This document shows positions 62,271 through 64,000 of a stretch of 64,000 nucleotides of DNA, one piece after another (the stretch's first letter is position 1; each line of letters opens with the position of its first letter). The stretch is from a bacterium (GTDB taxonomy: Bacteria; Cyanobacteriota; Vampirovibrionia; Gastranaerophilales; JBAXKC01). Below the pieces are notes generated by a model. That model did no database searches. It was not told the DNA's origin and was given only the letters and a program-made list of their open reading frames with translations. Location of the stretch: contig JBAXKC010000010.1 in assembly GCA_037137535.1 (NCBI GenBank), positions 1 to 64,000 of the forward strand, read 5' to 3'. The position numbers and the translations under genes were made by a program.

Positions 62271-62777
62271 ATGCTAAGAAAAACGTCTTATATTTTAGCT
62301 GTTATTTTTATACAATTAGTTATAAATAATTCAGTTTCAGCAAAAACCTTAAATGCAGGTATTGTTATAGATAAGGAGCTTCCTTACGCTCTTTATGGAA
62401 CATGGCGTGTTGAGTCTGAACGAATTGAAACTAATAATCCTTATTTATTTAAAGCTGATAGCATTGATATATGGAATTTTTCAAAGCAAAATGGTTATGT
62501 AACACTATCAAATCCGCAAAATAATGCTTCTTCTACAATTCATGTAAATGAAGTCAAAAATAATATAGCTACATTTTCAAGACAGAAAAATGAAGATAAA
62601 TACATTGAAAAAGAAGTTTGTCATATAAAATTAGATGATGATACCTTTTATGGAACTGACACACTTGTATTTGAATCATACAATGCTGGTCAATTAATAT
62701 TGGTTAACAGTGTAGAATATAAAATTATTGGCAAAAAGATAAAAGGTTCTAAGTTAAATAATTTATTTGCAAAATGA
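62271..62777 (+). CDS. Hypothetical exported beta-rich protein
   Basis: Signal peptide ending VSA; YGTWRV motif. Confidence 0.65.
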   Translation: MLRKTSYILAVIFIQLVINNSVSAKTLNAGIVIDKELPYALYGTWRVESERIETNNPYLFKADSIDIWNFSKQNGYVTLSNPQNNASSTIHVNEVKNNIATFSRQKNEDKYIEKEVCHIKLDDDTFYGTDTLVFESYNAGQLILVNSVEYKIIGKKIKGSKLNNLFAK

Positions 62778-62796
62778 GCACATGAGAGGAAATAAA

Positions 62797-63738
62797 ATGA
62801 AAGAGATTAATTACGATATAGCTATCCTGGGCGGTGGCCCTGCAGGGCTTTCTGCGGCTGTATATGCGGCAAGAGGTGCTTCAAAAACATGTATTGTAGA
62901 TACAGGAATGTTTGGCGGACAAGTCAGTAATACTTTAGAAATAGAAAATTATCCAGGATTCTCTACTATTGGCGGATTTGACCTTATGGAAAAATTTGAA
63001 GAACATGCTGATAGCTTCGGTATTGATAAACATGCTATGCAAGAAATAGAAAAAATTGATTTAGTTGGAACAACAAAAAAAATCTATACAAAAGAATTTC
63101 TTATTAACGCTAAAACGATTATTATTGCCTGCGGAGCACAGCCGACAAAGTTGAATTTAGACAAAGAAAAAGAACTTACTGGCAGAGGCGTAAGCTATTG
63201 CGCAGTTTGTGACGGTGCTTTTTTCAGAGATAAAGAAGTTACAGTCGTAGGTGGCGGTAATGCGGCAGTAGAAGAAGCTTTATATCTTACAAAATTTGCT
63301 TCAAAAGTAAATCTTGTTCATAGAAGAGATAAATTAAGAGCCGATAAAATTTATCAGGAAAGAGCTTTTGCTAATCCAAAAATAAATTTTATTTGGAATA
63401 CTGTTGTAACTGAAATTATCGGTGAAGAGAAACTTTCTGCTATTACTATAAAAGATGTTTTAAAAAATGAAGAATATAATCTAAATACAGAGGGCTTATT
63501 CCCTTATGTGGGCTATACTCCGAATACATCTTTATTTGCCGATAAAATTCTTCTTGATAAAGCAGGTTTTATTATTACTGATAGTGAAATGCAAACGAGT
63601 ATTAAAGGTGTCTATGCTGCAGGTGATATAAGAGTTACACCGTTAAGACAAGTAATTACAGCCGCTGCTGACGGTGCAGTTGCTGCTACAAGTGCTATTA
63701 AATATCTTGAAGAAGTGGAATCAGAAGTTAAGGTTTAA
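62797..63738 (+). CDS. trxB: Thioredoxin-disulfide reductase
   Basis: GGGPAGL, GRGVSYCAVCDG, GGGNAAVEE, HRRD; start at ATG 62797. Confidence 0.96.
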   Translation: MKEINYDIAILGGGPAGLSAAVYAARGASKTCIVDTGMFGGQVSNTLEIENYPGFSTIGGFDLMEKFEEHADSFGIDKHAMQEIEKIDLVGTTKKIYTKEFLINAKTIIIACGAQPTKLNLDKEKELTGRGVSYCAVCDGAFFRDKEVTVVGGGNAAVEEALYLTKFASKVNLVHRRDKLRADKIYQERAFANPKINFIWNTVVTEIIGEEKLSAITIKDVLKNEEYNLNTEGLFPYVGYTPNTSLFADKILLDKAGFIITDSEMQTSIKGVYAAGDIRVTPLRQVITAAADGAVAATSAIKYLEEVESEVKV

Positions 63739-63757
63739 TAAATATCTAATATAATTG

Positions 63758-63795
63758 AAAGAAGAGTGTTTCTGCGAGAAACACTCTTCTTTATT
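63758..63795. terminator. Terminator between convergent trxB and alr
   Basis: AAAGAAGAGTGTTTCT / AGAAACACTCTTCTTT stem. Confidence 0.8.
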
Positions 63796-63809
63796 ATAAA
63801 AGTTTGAAA

Positions 63810-64000
63810 TTATCTTGTATAAACCCTTGGTAATCTTACTCTTAATCGGCAAGTTACCTCGTAATTTATTGTGTCGAGTTTATTTGCCCAACTGTCAATT
63901 GAAATAAACTCATCTCCATCTTCGCCGATAAGGGTTATAACATCGCCAACATTAACATTATCAATATCAGTAATATCAAACATCATCTGATCCATAGTAA
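63810..64000 (-). CDS. alr: Alanine racemase, C-terminal part (runs off the window)
   Basis: MDQMMFD..GD.ITLIG..TINYEV.C....RLPRVY. Confidence 0.88.
   Translation of the reverse strand, partial: TMDQMMFDITDIDNVNVGDVITLIGEDGDEFISIDSWANKLDTINYEVTCRLRVRLPRVYTR

Overview
AT-rich (~30% GC by eye) bacterial chromosomal window. Gene content and protein style (paralogous KKGFTLAEVL pilin-like genes, SLH protein, sepF-yggS, Tic20-like protein, many ORFans with N-terminal [IV]xF[KTG]G motifs, no photosynthesis genes in view) suggest a non-photosynthetic relative of Cyanobacteria (Melainabacteria/Vampirovibrionia); this is inference only. Most of it is housekeeping: glcD/glcF-like, gatA, rimI, bioY, a Co/Ni ECF transporter, eno, alaS, tRNA-Val(TAC), trpB, tyrS, glmS, nfo-like, ubiD-like, dapF, rpsF-ssb-rpsR, trxB and a partial alr. 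It also holds a Wsp-like chemosensory/diguanylate cyclase cluster and a TPR-GAF-HD-GYP plus transglutaminase-TPR gene pair. Items not in the ORF track: (i) a DUF697-like gene frameshifted at an (AAAC)6 tract just after its likely true start, a candidate phase-variable gene in the OFF state; (ii) three copies of a ~285-bp structured MITE-like repeat, one interrupted by a 353-bp internally deleted ISAs1 element with 15-bp TIRs and a 10-bp TSD, and two flanking an orphan methyltransferase; (iii) a candidate ~95-nt sRNA with Yfr1-like architecture; (iv) three unlisted small ORFs, including a 4-Cys microprotein ending in a beta-clamp-type QLGLF motif; (v) a shared N-terminal motif on five ORFans that may be an undescribed export/processing signal; (vi) an IS1595-family remnant next to the tRNA. 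No CRISPR array, rRNA or prophage was seen.
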